49,041 bases of DNA, taken from assembly GCA_038046605.1 (NCBI GenBank), contig JBBSVW010000009.1:4940-53980 (forward strand), read 5' to 3'. Positions 39,101 to 43,762 of this stretch are shown here, one piece after another; within the stretch, counting starts at the first letter, position 1; every line of letters starts with the position of its first letter. A program made the translations under genes and the position numbers. The stretch is from Candidatus Micrarchaeota archaeon (GTDB taxonomy: Archaea; Micrarchaeota; Micrarchaeia; Norongarragalinales; SBBD01). Under the pieces are notes generated by a model. It did not search any database. It saw nothing but the letters and a program-made list of their open reading frames with translations, and was not told the DNA's origin.

Positions 39101-40083
39101 GTGTTGGAGGAGTCCGATTTTTCCAAATCAATTTTTGCTGGCGCAGTAAGGAAAATGGAATTCAGCATTGAGGGGTCCTTTAGGCCTTTTATTGAAATCG
39201 AGGATTCCGGCTCGGAATCAATATCCTTGCCAAATGCCCTGATATTCCGTTTAAAGGCACTTTTTATGGAGATTTCCAGATCGAAAATAGTCTCATTGGT
39301 CCCGTTGTTTTCCCGGACCCTTTTTTTTAGCGACTTGAATGAAATTTTGCTGTTTTTTGAAAATTTACCGCGCAGAATTTCCAGATTAACTGCATCATCG
39401 TCCAAAATCAAGGTGGTGTTGGATAGGTTAGCATCAATGGTTGAATTTGTCAGGTTTAGGATTGAAGTCGTGTTGGTATCGTTTAGGGGAATGCTGATGT
39501 TCAATTCGGATTCATTTGCATGGGAATAATTTGCATCAATAGTTGGGGATGGCGAAATCGAAACATCGGGTGATGGTGAAATAATAATTTCCGGAGTGGG
39601 CGAGGGAATAATTGAAGGGAGGGGCGAGGGCTCGAATGTCACGGATACATTAGGTGAAACAAAGGGAATCGCACTTGGAGAAATTATTATTTCCGGGGTA
39701 GGTAAGGGAAAAATTATTGCATCTGGAGAAGGTGAAAAAGTAACTTCGGGTGTAGGCGAAAATGTGGGCTCGATTGATGGTGAAGGTGCAATAGTTGGCA
39801 TTGGCGCAGGGGTCGCATAAATTGAAGGCTCCGGCGAAGAATTGGCATTTGGATTGGGCGTTGGCGTAAAATCGGCATTTTGGGAAGGTGATGGGGAAAA
39901 TTGGATAAGTTCAGTTGGGGAGGGGGTTGGCATGGGGGTTGCATTGGATAACATGCCCGATGGATAAGCTGATAAATCATCAGAATCCTGGCCAACTCCT
40001 CCAACTATAATTAACGCAAAAAACAGGGCGGCAACTAGGACAAAAGGCGCAAATAGGAAAACTCTTCCGCGCATGTGGATCAA
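24184..40083 (-). CDS. Giant (5299 aa) surface glycoprotein fused via a TM helix to a HerA/VirB4-like (DUF87) ATPase
   Basis: N-terminal hydrophobic segment, P/S/T repeats, beta-helix modules (LDC.G..I.G), eight ~96-aa Ig-like repeats and dense N-x-S/T sequons. TM at ~25540-25600, then THVLIAGATGSGKT, LIFDP, LLVYDEVH, GAREFRKWG and LISQ. Confidence 0.9.
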   Translation of the reverse strand: MIHMRGRVFLFAPFVLVAALFFALIIVGGVGQDSDDLSAYPSGMLSNATPMPTPSPTELIQFSPSPSQNADFTPTPNPNANSSPEPSIYATPAPMPTIAPSPSIEPTFSPTPEVTFSPSPDAIIFPLPTPEIIISPSAIPFVSPNVSVTFEPSPLPSIIPSPTPEIIISPSPDVSISPSPTIDANYSHANESELNISIPLNDTNTTSILNLTNSTIDANLSNTTLILDDDAVNLEILRGKFSKNSKISFKSLKKRVRENNGTNETIFDLEISIKSAFKRNIRAFGKDIDSEPESSISIKGLKDPSMLNSIFLTAPAKIDLEKSDSSNTVAALTTDFIGFEPLEFDEAQIILPSSSKTEKILICEGIDGITGECSNWHISETPFIESDGSVTFSVDHFSGYAGANITILNLQSFPVVGSNWTVRFTTNGSAPLTITAIDNTSFGTDLEFKFLKCGETDLSPTFNGTSVFMDNYSCVFEGSEESIVHTLGKHRLEFRFGDAVAYANNYASLLRWYFSNLTSDLSGFRKRLNVTSPGEDTALYNESVVISDGTYFSTSWYSPHFNVTSFGEKTYVSGIYRVSARLGQGSGVAGSYTVYAEIMKYNQSGSYLTISTANLGTNFNCLSAGETKAVNVTIPRSENTTLLPGERIGTRFLLVTESCSFSVDFELFYNRSDTFMDFYNETVGTCENLTSSFTLGYPANATGNCYNILSNNIVLDCGGNAVIGNGSGMGVNVTGKSNVTVKNCIISNFSDGIFVNNSLNFTLINTTIYKSPNDLRLANSPFANISSNSFYGNGSGLGLNATNSSNLTIRSSYFYSCPTCAYLNGSNNLTILHTVFTNGTTSLDLQNGQIASLLNTTIRNYIKTGTAISLNIFDNLTLQNSSIANYTTGFSGTGSSNISIRNTNFSNTTTAISLDSASDGLIDSSTFLNSPRAGTAISLASFENMTVQNSSIANFSTGITEDSFSGFNLLTTNISNSTNGLLITGSYGLVKSNFFYGNSLGLRISTGNYIKIYSNIFENNTGIGVEITAPFTSAQFNLIENNTFRNNSPTNLIVSGSIATAPTVSGNNFTNNIFYASPLGYDINISGSQSNTFLNNTFNRSLLGYSTANGVINNLTLQNYIRANVTGQNGFPLQGALVNITNSTLGATNFTGLVTGTEGLTDFEAVAEFIGNNTVNTTLTYYNISGSYGGIVNSTLASVNESKSVLLVIPATGCSTISSPTTLVSDVVASGNCFVFGQNSVSLDCNGHSITGAGSGNGVNLNSNINLVVKNCVISNFSNGITGSDIRNLTLINSTLHTNAKGATFNGINGSKFYTTVFENNTNTGLELTNSFDYMAYNEVENNTFRNNTAQNLLISIATTGSEPFSTGNNFTSNIFVSSQNGNDIRLVKSQSNYFVNNTFDRSRLSYGAGINNLTIQNYLRIQVVDQLFNPIPGALANITNGQFPNATNYTGLVTDSSGLTSFVLVTEFIGSNLGNSTNAISNLTYYNFSASYGGVSNRTLHPVNASNTVLVIIPLIAGCGNIASSGSLSASISTTGTCLNITADSVEIDCRGYTISGNNAAGMAGINVTGRSNVLVRNCIISKFEHGILVSKSINFTLINTTLSQNGNGLMAAGSNFTNISASTFFGNGTGLGINASQSHNLTVGYTIFTSNKVSINLNASVNFSISNSEQNNASNGTRLVYSNYSIFVNDTFIGRGVGFGINATSSSNVSVLQSTFINFTYAFFASDSSNLTIFNSTILNSSAGINLNSSFAGIVSNVTLSGTASGTAISLNGFTNFSIIFSTISNYSIGILARSNSNFFYLFNSSIRNVPTGTTYGIYFDTGNTGNITRAFIQGKRTGTGFYSYNFQKITVLDSEFMNLSSALYLSSSTGLFLNNSNISDTVNNGLELDAYTSSNVSHNLLYRNLKGIVLGAQFSSSTNLFKYNILENNTNFGFELDGDNGNKIISNTVENNTFRNNTISNLYFYSTTGTFPNNVDNNFTSNVFIPAPNGYDINLSRICCNTFLNNSFNRSRIGFASNASLTIQNYIQVQAVNSTLDPIPGAYVNITNSTSGATNFNDLATDGQGLTVISAVTEFIGNNSVNTTLTLYNFSAAFSDIYNTSLHEVNYSRIVTLILRDTFAPSNIIAIPPTPANASYTSNNWVNISFNFTETNPNNCILQWGNGTLQNLSMTRDGNNCNINVSSQPDGTHNYTIIVNDSAGNIAQNGTFYVTIDTALPSTIRTVPPTPANASYTSNNWVNISFNFTETNPNNCILQWGNGTLQNLSMTRDGNNCNINVSSQPDGTHNYTIIVNDSAGNIAQNGTFYITIDTVLPTTIRTVSPTLANASFTPNNWTFVNFTFTETNPGNCLLSWGNGTLQNLTMTRDGNSCYLNVTRQPDGTHNYTIIVNDSAGNFAQNGTFYVTIDTAVPTTIRTVFPTLANASYTANTWVFVNATFTETNPNNCLLQWGNGSFQNLTMIRSGNSCYLNVTLQPDGVHNYTIIVNDSAGNMATNGTFYITIDLTPPSSLQPISPTLTNNSNTSNTWIYVNFTFTELNPSACWVQWYNGTYQNLTMSRAGNNCSINITNQPDGQWNYDLFVNDSAGNVGSNRSFFVNIDSNAPTNIRTVSPTLANASFTNRNWVYVNTTFTETFPHTCNLQWNNGSFVNITMSREGTNCYYNLTNQPDGRWNYTIIVNDTTNNYGQNGTFFVTVDTTIPSSLNILPPTPANNSNLSRNWVNITYSFIETNFNSCFVQWVNSSGYSNLTASRVGNNCSINITSQPQGNWNYTVFVNDSAGNIGQNGTFFVSLDTALPSQLQFVLPTPSNNSRIYGDWVFANATFSEANPETCTLVWNNGTAHNLTMDRVSSNCFLNLTNQPLGAWNYTLVVNDSAGNSAQNGTFFLEFWANTTVNHLSANQTYTKNGIANITVIFSRTSFANFTNDADAIQFASGNGTNITINSGNVSLNFTDQSSNTSYFASGIFERTIDAGYANAHWKISWNSTVPINSSLAIQAAVSADNSTFSPFENLSNSTLSIINGTPARYLKYRLLFGSNGSVTAFLNEINATAMYGINGNATFNLTNRITNATLTKSCIAMDGNCTIGFAFPSELRGGNYSINITASNISAFLDSSSEIFYSYFEEAITNGSILVPDRTISNLNASGQIFLMNVSLENKLNGTMHFPAINFTTKSSSITSIARISSSCGPMVSPFGNCNATFNLSISGSATPGTHTITWNASWTNNNGTNYTIANRSNVIVSSNPALSTSVSIINISSNLSQTNSTTVTVTNIGNIQIFNITASLIAGNIPPSWISLSPLIDPGQSPSFTYDLQVDVLIGNYTPATYIGKINLTADDQTNGKNSTSTYIDLQIQVNPQINSSPAAVTANISLTNNQSISTTISNPGNAPITNVSVSVINSTIPSSWISFNSPSSGWNSSSISWTSISEGSGAVLQIIINVLDFIAGIFSALVKITSNEGRATYINVTVNVSPGISIQPLLNLTTGHGKVNITSFLINSTGNIKLVNLTVSFISGTIPQNWISLSPSTIPNITEGVNYSVYLNVSVPFGQLPGNYTGIINISGYNANGTLNLTVHVPTDTSWHFLPGANQTKDFGLSESGVVGTITINNTGNANHSFTIGYADFGGRASCIGGPPSGQDFCGAGQGIPANPSTVSAPKNSSTSFTIMKTSVGDTNITDGYAVQISMSNSTALPTSNSTILFFNITNAPPKFSQNATFVGNALRTYVEFNGTIKLSAIATDDELWGLNLDYAQFNISRPDGTNNTLNATNQTLNTAQICGGACLDAQNYTYPFNMTNVTGIYNATFFIRDRSSQLNSTSIQFEVIGNTSLLLLGNSTNVSGITNAANYSLILNISTNNTGLVSAYSINLSGMLARASNATDTLANWSFNAIPTIPYLNGSSINLTQFNITIAPRSYGIYYFTPNASFRNPNGTIAHIWGQNITITALQNANFSISISNQSISLQHGQNQSEWLEISPNGNDNITNYNITYSTPFANFSVNFNNTQGNISALGSANISFNISTLYHSSSGFRNFTINITAGAISRTFVVNLTIPYNNTWGLNLNNITINGIAGDSSINSQAQITHSGTSDALLNFTFNLTGNMTSFSNLLNQSKYLNSSQSFAVPINYTVPDSNSQYMGVLNISEGNGSIARLVNITFNSFTVEVHVHAIYAPSQVLAGDPINITARLVFGGQNQTINTTWSVFGDGSACAIFSNSTSGNFTNLNCTAPSLTDATYHNITVKANFTNGNVFLAKNITNASAIFYRDITPPRMISEDSNDTELYSNTTLVLNATDNFQPANATAILTFPNGTASNFSLPFNSTRQLFIGSYNFTSLGLHTINYAANDTTGNSNSSLNGSFEIYQTRQFNGSLQNLEGQFLFVNFSIRNSTDGNLDNFTTNATGHYNKSLRAKWYELGIKFLFYNATINSVDFNTINQGFITLDNFTGSDISSQIAGAKAGFAAIIQAPTNGSLVIDYAPLLSSITDESLLRIYQCANYTYASRTCVGSWDYLLNTTTNSISNIISANFSSFANNISAFALVQYVAPTPTPAPGGTTTTGGSSGGSSGSYNPPPATATPSATPKADNITAQLEELKKLLKENKTESIGLEPGVSSLTFELYPGESTQSAIHIKNLLNISSEINVSMVGGIRPFITTGTKTIKLNRLHETDLLVFGSIPDGTRAGNFFGELQLANEIGRISIPVTVRVLEKKEDRLIDLRLQPLVDTLDPGETLRVELSLYNLGEPKEISGQFTLELVDPVTDEILSKSETESISFQTTYNSIRAVKIPRETRNGRFVVRGILLYSVEGGKLREVSAISYFKVQASIWSSKLFGTLSLWQLLPILLILAASFITYYRQYQIAQKKRRYIARVDFTKLPEPGPRSGFLGLIAESKVRAFASLDKLQTHVLIAGATGSGKTVAAQVIAEEALMKNISVLIFDPTAQWTGFLRPQKNRDMLSQYKHYGLNTDSARAFKGNIFVVRDPNLPIDIRKVAKPGEATIFVMNKLSFADHETFVANTIKQVFAAGLTESPELKLLLVYDEVHRLLPKFGGRGEGFIQIERGAREFRKWGVGMVLISQVLSDFVGEIKANIGTEIQMRTKYEGDLERLKLKFGEDAARSIVKESIGSGMVQNSEYNNGQPYFVSFRPLLHNIVRLSDTELSQYEEYNTKVEKLEFEMEKLRSQGEDVLDLELEINLARDKVKKGAFNIVEIYLESLEQKIEGMKRKSKRKPDRMIDFSDLGIGSLGGEIRRESNASGEPATTNNTKAEKDEDKDKPIKLGLADISKPQKDDAGLESRKDDKNKDIA
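31420..33730 (-). repeat. Tandem array of eight ~288-bp Ig-like repeats inside the giant gene
   Basis: Repeat unit D(T)xxP...PTxAN...F(T/S)ExN..C...W.N...VND(S/T).(G/N)N...NGTF. Segments 33161-33405 and 33449-33693 appear identical. Confidence 0.85.
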
Positions 40084-40183
40084 TGCCTGAAAACTTCCAG
40101 TAATTTCTATAAAAATGGGTGATTTTGTTACTCTTTGGCGGTTTATAAGTGTTAGTGCGGAATTAAGACCGAAAAATATATAA

Positions 40184-40208
40184 ATTGTTATTAACTGTTA
40201 ATAGTAAT
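40184..40208 (+). promoter_or_regulatory. Palindromic operator candidate just downstream of the TATA box
   Basis: ATTGTTATTAAC-T-GTTAATAGTAAT (10/12 inverted match) right after ATATATAAA and upstream of the RHH gene. Confidence 0.55.
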
Positions 40209-40222
40209 ATAGAGGTGAAAAT

Positions 40223-40531
40223 ATGGTTTCAACATTCAGTTTGCCTAGGCTCATGGAAGAGCAGATATCCGCACTGGTTAGGGCGGGTCATTATTCGAGC
40301 AAATCCGATGTGGTAAAGGACGCCATGAGGCTTCTTCTTAAAACCAAAACCGGCCTTCGCTATGCAGCCGCAATTGAACTGGTAAAGGAGGGAAAAATCA
40401 GCCTAGGGAGGGCTGCTGAAATTGCGGATTTGTCACCGGATGAGATGCAAAGACTTGCGGAGCATCATAAGGCGTTTAGGGAAATTCGGGCGGAAAAAGG
40501 GGAGCTTGAGAGGATCAGCGAAACCAAGTGA
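40223..40531 (+). CDS. Ribbon-helix-helix (CopG/ParD-like) plus UPF0175-like antitoxin/regulator
   Basis: LVRAGHYSSKSDVVKDAMR (RHH) and AIELVKEGKISLGRAAEIADLS (UPF0175 HTH). Confidence 0.8.
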   Translation: MVSTFSLPRLMEEQISALVRAGHYSSKSDVVKDAMRLLLKTKTGLRYAAAIELVKEGKISLGRAAEIADLSPDEMQRLAEHHKAFREIRAEKGELERISETK

Positions 40532-40983
40532 GAATGATGGAAATTGCTATGGAGAATTCCCTTTATAATTTGCTGAAAAAATGCGGCGCCATTGAGGCAA
40601 TAAATGAATTGCTTGGGGATCCCCAGATTCATGCGGTTGAATTGGGAAAAAGCTCTGCCAATGGAAAATCTGCGCCCATTTCGCCTAATGAAAAAAAATT
40701 CATCTCCGCAAAAAAAAGAAGGCACCCCCAACTATCAAAGGAGGAGTTTGCTGCAATGGCATATGCAAAAAAGAACAATGCGGTTTGCATTTGCCTAGGC
40801 GCGGAGGAATCAATTGCATGCAAAAGGCTGGGGATCCAAAACATGTCCATCCCGATGCTGTTGAAGGGCATATGGGCAAAGAAGATCGCTAGCAAAGCTG
40901 AAGTTGAAAAAATGATGGATGCACTTGAAAGCCAAGGGCGCATCAAATTTGAAGGGAGAAACGAAATCCTTGGGAAAAAATAA
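40528..40983 (+). CDS. Degenerate PIN-domain (DUF3368-like) protein
   Basis: LSKEEFAAMAYAK and ACKRLGIQNMSIPMLL resemble DUF3368; overlaps the antitoxin stop. Confidence 0.6.
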   Translation: MRMMEIAMENSLYNLLKKCGAIEAINELLGDPQIHAVELGKSSANGKSAPISPNEKKFISAKKRRHPQLSKEEFAAMAYAKKNNAVCICLGAEESIACKRLGIQNMSIPMLLKGIWAKKIASKAEVEKMMDALESQGRIKFEGRNEILGKK

Positions 40984-41036
40984 TATGCCGTTAAAATAGG
41001 CGCAATATTGCCCCTATAATGGCGTGGCTTGGAAAA

Positions 41037-41360
41037 TTAATCCCCGAAAAGGCTCCCGAATCCGGATGCCGCGCTATCTTCCTGCGCCTCGATTTGCGAA
41101 ACGACGGATTCGAAGTCCGGGCCTTCGAGCTCCTTTAAAGTGGGAAGCACGGCAAGCCTTGCTTTGAGCTTGAGAACTAGCGAATCATCAGCGGTTTTGA
41201 CATAGATTAGGTAGAATCCGCCCTTAAGGCCCATTGGCTTGCTCTCCTTTAGCACATATCCTGATTTTGCAAACGAATCATCCGCGTATGGATCGGCAGC
41301 AAGGATATCCTTGAGCTTGCCATAATCCTTCCCTTCAACCATGAATATGATTTTTTTCAT
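41037..41360 (-). CDS. Small hypothetical protein with a P-stalk-like C-terminal motif
   Basis: GGGTGA RBS before ATG 41360; ends EAQEDSAASGFGSLFGD. Confidence 0.75.
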   Translation of the reverse strand: MKKIIFMVEGKDYGKLKDILAADPYADDSFAKSGYVLKESKPMGLKGGFYLIYVKTADDSLVLKLKARLAVLPTLKELEGPDFESVVSQIEAQEDSAASGFGSLFGD

Positions 41361-41444
41361 GAATTTCACCCTGATTTTAAGAGCAAAGGGTTACCTCTCC
41401 CAAGAATAATAAACCTTGCTGGCTTTACTCTCCTTGCTGATAGA

Positions 41445-42539
41445 ATGAAAGTGACAAACAAGCAAATAATGGTGCATAATTTCACCCAGAAGGCAAAGCT
41501 TGCACTGGAGGAGACGGCAAAATACGATCCGCTCTTCACCCAGGAAAAGCTTTTTGCCGACCCAAAGAAAACCGGGGAGAGGGGCTGGATTTACGCAAAC
41601 ATAACAAACAAAGATCTCTCAGCGTTCATCACCATTGGGTACGATGACACCCAACGGGCGCTTTTCCATGAATTGCGCTACAAGGGGAAAACCTACAAGG
41701 TTGGCGATGGGTTTGCAAATGAGAGCGCAAAATTTGCGGATGGGAAAGTGGCAATAAAGGAGGAAAGCCGCGAATTGAAATGGTCGGGGATGCCTTCAGA
41801 GTATGTTGTGGAGGCAACTTTTCGGAAAAAAGGGGAGAAAAGTGAGGGCGAGCTTAATTTCACATACAAATTCGAGAAGCTTTCAGATGAACTGAAAAAA
41901 TTCAAGTGCGTCTTCAAGGAATTCGACCATCTTTTGGCGTATTGGATGATAAGCCCATGCAAGGGGAGCCTTGAAATAACCGGGAAGGGGGACATCTCAC
42001 TTTTCAAGCTGGGGGAATTGGAGGAGCTGATTGGGAAGAACATCACCAGCAATTTTTGCTACAATGAAAACATCCACATGAGAACCCCCATGATTTCGGA
42101 AGGGTGGCATTGGTCCATATTGGATTGCTTCCAGGATGATGAGCAAAAAGTGGAAAAATTCGTTTCCTTCATGCATTTCTTTTTTGAGAAGGGGAAGATC
42201 AAAATACCAATTTATGTTCAGCTCATTGATTTTGATCCGGAAACGGGGGAAGCGGAGGTTTACGAGGATGCGGAAATCAAGCTGAAATGGGAATCCCCAA
42301 AGACTCCCCTGCTTAGCGTCAAGAGCAAGGATGGGAAAATCGAGCTGAAAATCACCCCGAAATATGAAATAGATGTGCATCCAATAAGAGGGATTAAACT
42401 TGCAAACATGATCCTTAAGACGGATATCGACTATTCCACATACCCATGCAACGCCGAGGTTGTGATCGAAGGCAAGAAATACAATGCAATTGGAAGCGCG
42501 GAAATTACCGGTGAGGGCAAGATGGGGTATTGGCTGTAA
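41445..42539 (+). CDS. Hypothetical beta-rich protein (possibly tocopherol-cyclase/hydratase-like fold)
   Basis: 364-aa ORF with GERGWIY, ENIH..GWHWS and AIGSAE, suggestive of a double beta-barrel; family not confidently recognised. Confidence 0.55.
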   Translation: MKVTNKQIMVHNFTQKAKLALEETAKYDPLFTQEKLFADPKKTGERGWIYANITNKDLSAFITIGYDDTQRALFHELRYKGKTYKVGDGFANESAKFADGKVAIKEESRELKWSGMPSEYVVEATFRKKGEKSEGELNFTYKFEKLSDELKKFKCVFKEFDHLLAYWMISPCKGSLEITGKGDISLFKLGELEELIGKNITSNFCYNENIHMRTPMISEGWHWSILDCFQDDEQKVEKFVSFMHFFFEKGKIKIPIYVQLIDFDPETGEAEVYEDAEIKLKWESPKTPLLSVKSKDGKIELKITPKYEIDVHPIRGIKLANMILKTDIDYSTYPCNAEVVIEGKKYNAIGSAEITGEGKMGYWL

Positions 42540-42542
42540 ATT

Positions 42543-42992
42543 ATGAAAATCTTTACAAAGTTGAAAAAATTGACGGCGGAAGTTGTAGGCTACGGAGTAT
42601 TTGGGAGTATGAGTCAAGGAACCCACTCATTGGAAGATTTCTTAGGCAGGACTTCAGGGGAAATAGAAGTGCATCCGGGTTGGTGGAGCGCATCACCGTA
42701 TTCATCTAATCCTTACAAGGTGGGGATTATCCTAAAAGCCAATACGAACAATATGTTCCCTATCGGTCATTGGGGAAAGGTTGAATTCAGAATTATACAT
42801 CACGAGTTCGGAATTACCGAATTTGGGGATACACAAAATATTTTTACGGGAGCTGGGAACCTCGACAAATTGAAATCAGCGATAAAGCCGTTTGTTGAAC
42901 AAATGGAGCCGCTGGCCAAAATCCAAGCTCGGAGATTGGAAGAAAAATATAGGCGGAAAACAAAGGTCATGGAATTACCAGAAATAACCTAA
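42543..42992 (+). CDS. Hypothetical protein
   Basis: 149-aa ORF starting 3 bp after the upstream stop. Confidence 0.6.
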   Translation: MKIFTKLKKLTAEVVGYGVFGSMSQGTHSLEDFLGRTSGEIEVHPGWWSASPYSSNPYKVGIILKANTNNMFPIGHWGKVEFRIIHHEFGITEFGDTQNIFTGAGNLDKLKSAIKPFVEQMEPLAKIQARRLEEKYRRKTKVMELPEIT

Positions 42993-43042
42993 TTTGCCAA
43001 TATTTATAAATTTTGCCAATTATAAGGTAAAAGTGGTAAAAT

Positions 43043-43288
43043 ATGTACGAAGTTGGTAATGCAGAGGTTAAAATGGATAAAGTAGGAAGAGTTTTGATCC
43101 CCGCTGAACTGCGAAAAGGCCTGGGGTTTGAATTCAATGTTGTAAGGCTTGACGATAAGCTGATTTTAAGGGAGAGGCGGAGTGGATCGTTCCGAAAATG
43201 TTTCGATAGCCTAAAATTGACGGATGAAGACCTGGAAAACATGGAGCAGATAATTGCAGAAGGGGGCATGATGGGTAATTACGTATGA
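43043..43288 (+). CDS. vapB: AbrB/MazE-type antitoxin (VapB-like)
   Basis: VKMDKVGRVLIPAELRKGLG swapped-hairpin motif; acidic C-terminus; overlaps the PIN gene start. Confidence 0.85.
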   Translation: MYEVGNAEVKMDKVGRVLIPAELRKGLGFEFNVVRLDDKLILRERRSGSFRKCFDSLKLTDEDLENMEQIIAEGGMMGNYV

Positions 43289-43704
43289 TAGCATTGGACA
43301 CAAATGCCCTTATTTACAGAGCGTTGGATGAGAAGGATAACAATTCACCCGAAATAGTCAGCCTGATTAGGCAGGCAAAGGGAAAATTCAATGAATTGTA
43401 TGGGAAACATGAAAAGCTAGCCATTCCTTTGCCCGTTTTGATAGAGTTTGCAAATTTCCTGAAAAATAAGTTTGGAAGGCAAAAAGCACAGGAAACGTTG
43501 GATAGGCTTATTTCAGATGAAAACTTCAAGATAATCGAGGCAAAAGAGGAATTTATCCATATGGCAGCATCGATTGCGGAGGAACAAAATGCGGATTTTA
43601 CGGATTCTTTGATTTTCACCATCATGTATGCCAACAACATCAAGAAAATCCTCACATACGACAAGGATTTCGAAAAATTCCCGGGGATTGAAATCATCAG
43701 GTAA
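43285..43704 (+). CDS. vapC: VapC PIN-domain toxin
   Basis: IALDTNAL, VLIEF, FTDSL and ILTYDKDF give a complete acidic active site. Confidence 0.9.
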   Translation: MIALDTNALIYRALDEKDNNSPEIVSLIRQAKGKFNELYGKHEKLAIPLPVLIEFANFLKNKFGRQKAQETLDRLISDENFKIIEAKEEFIHMAASIAEEQNADFTDSLIFTIMYANNIKKILTYDKDFEKFPGIEIIR

Positions 43705-43762
43705 TCGAGGATTATTTAAGAAGCTGGAATATGCAGGCAATTGGTGCATCCTAATCCGCCAA

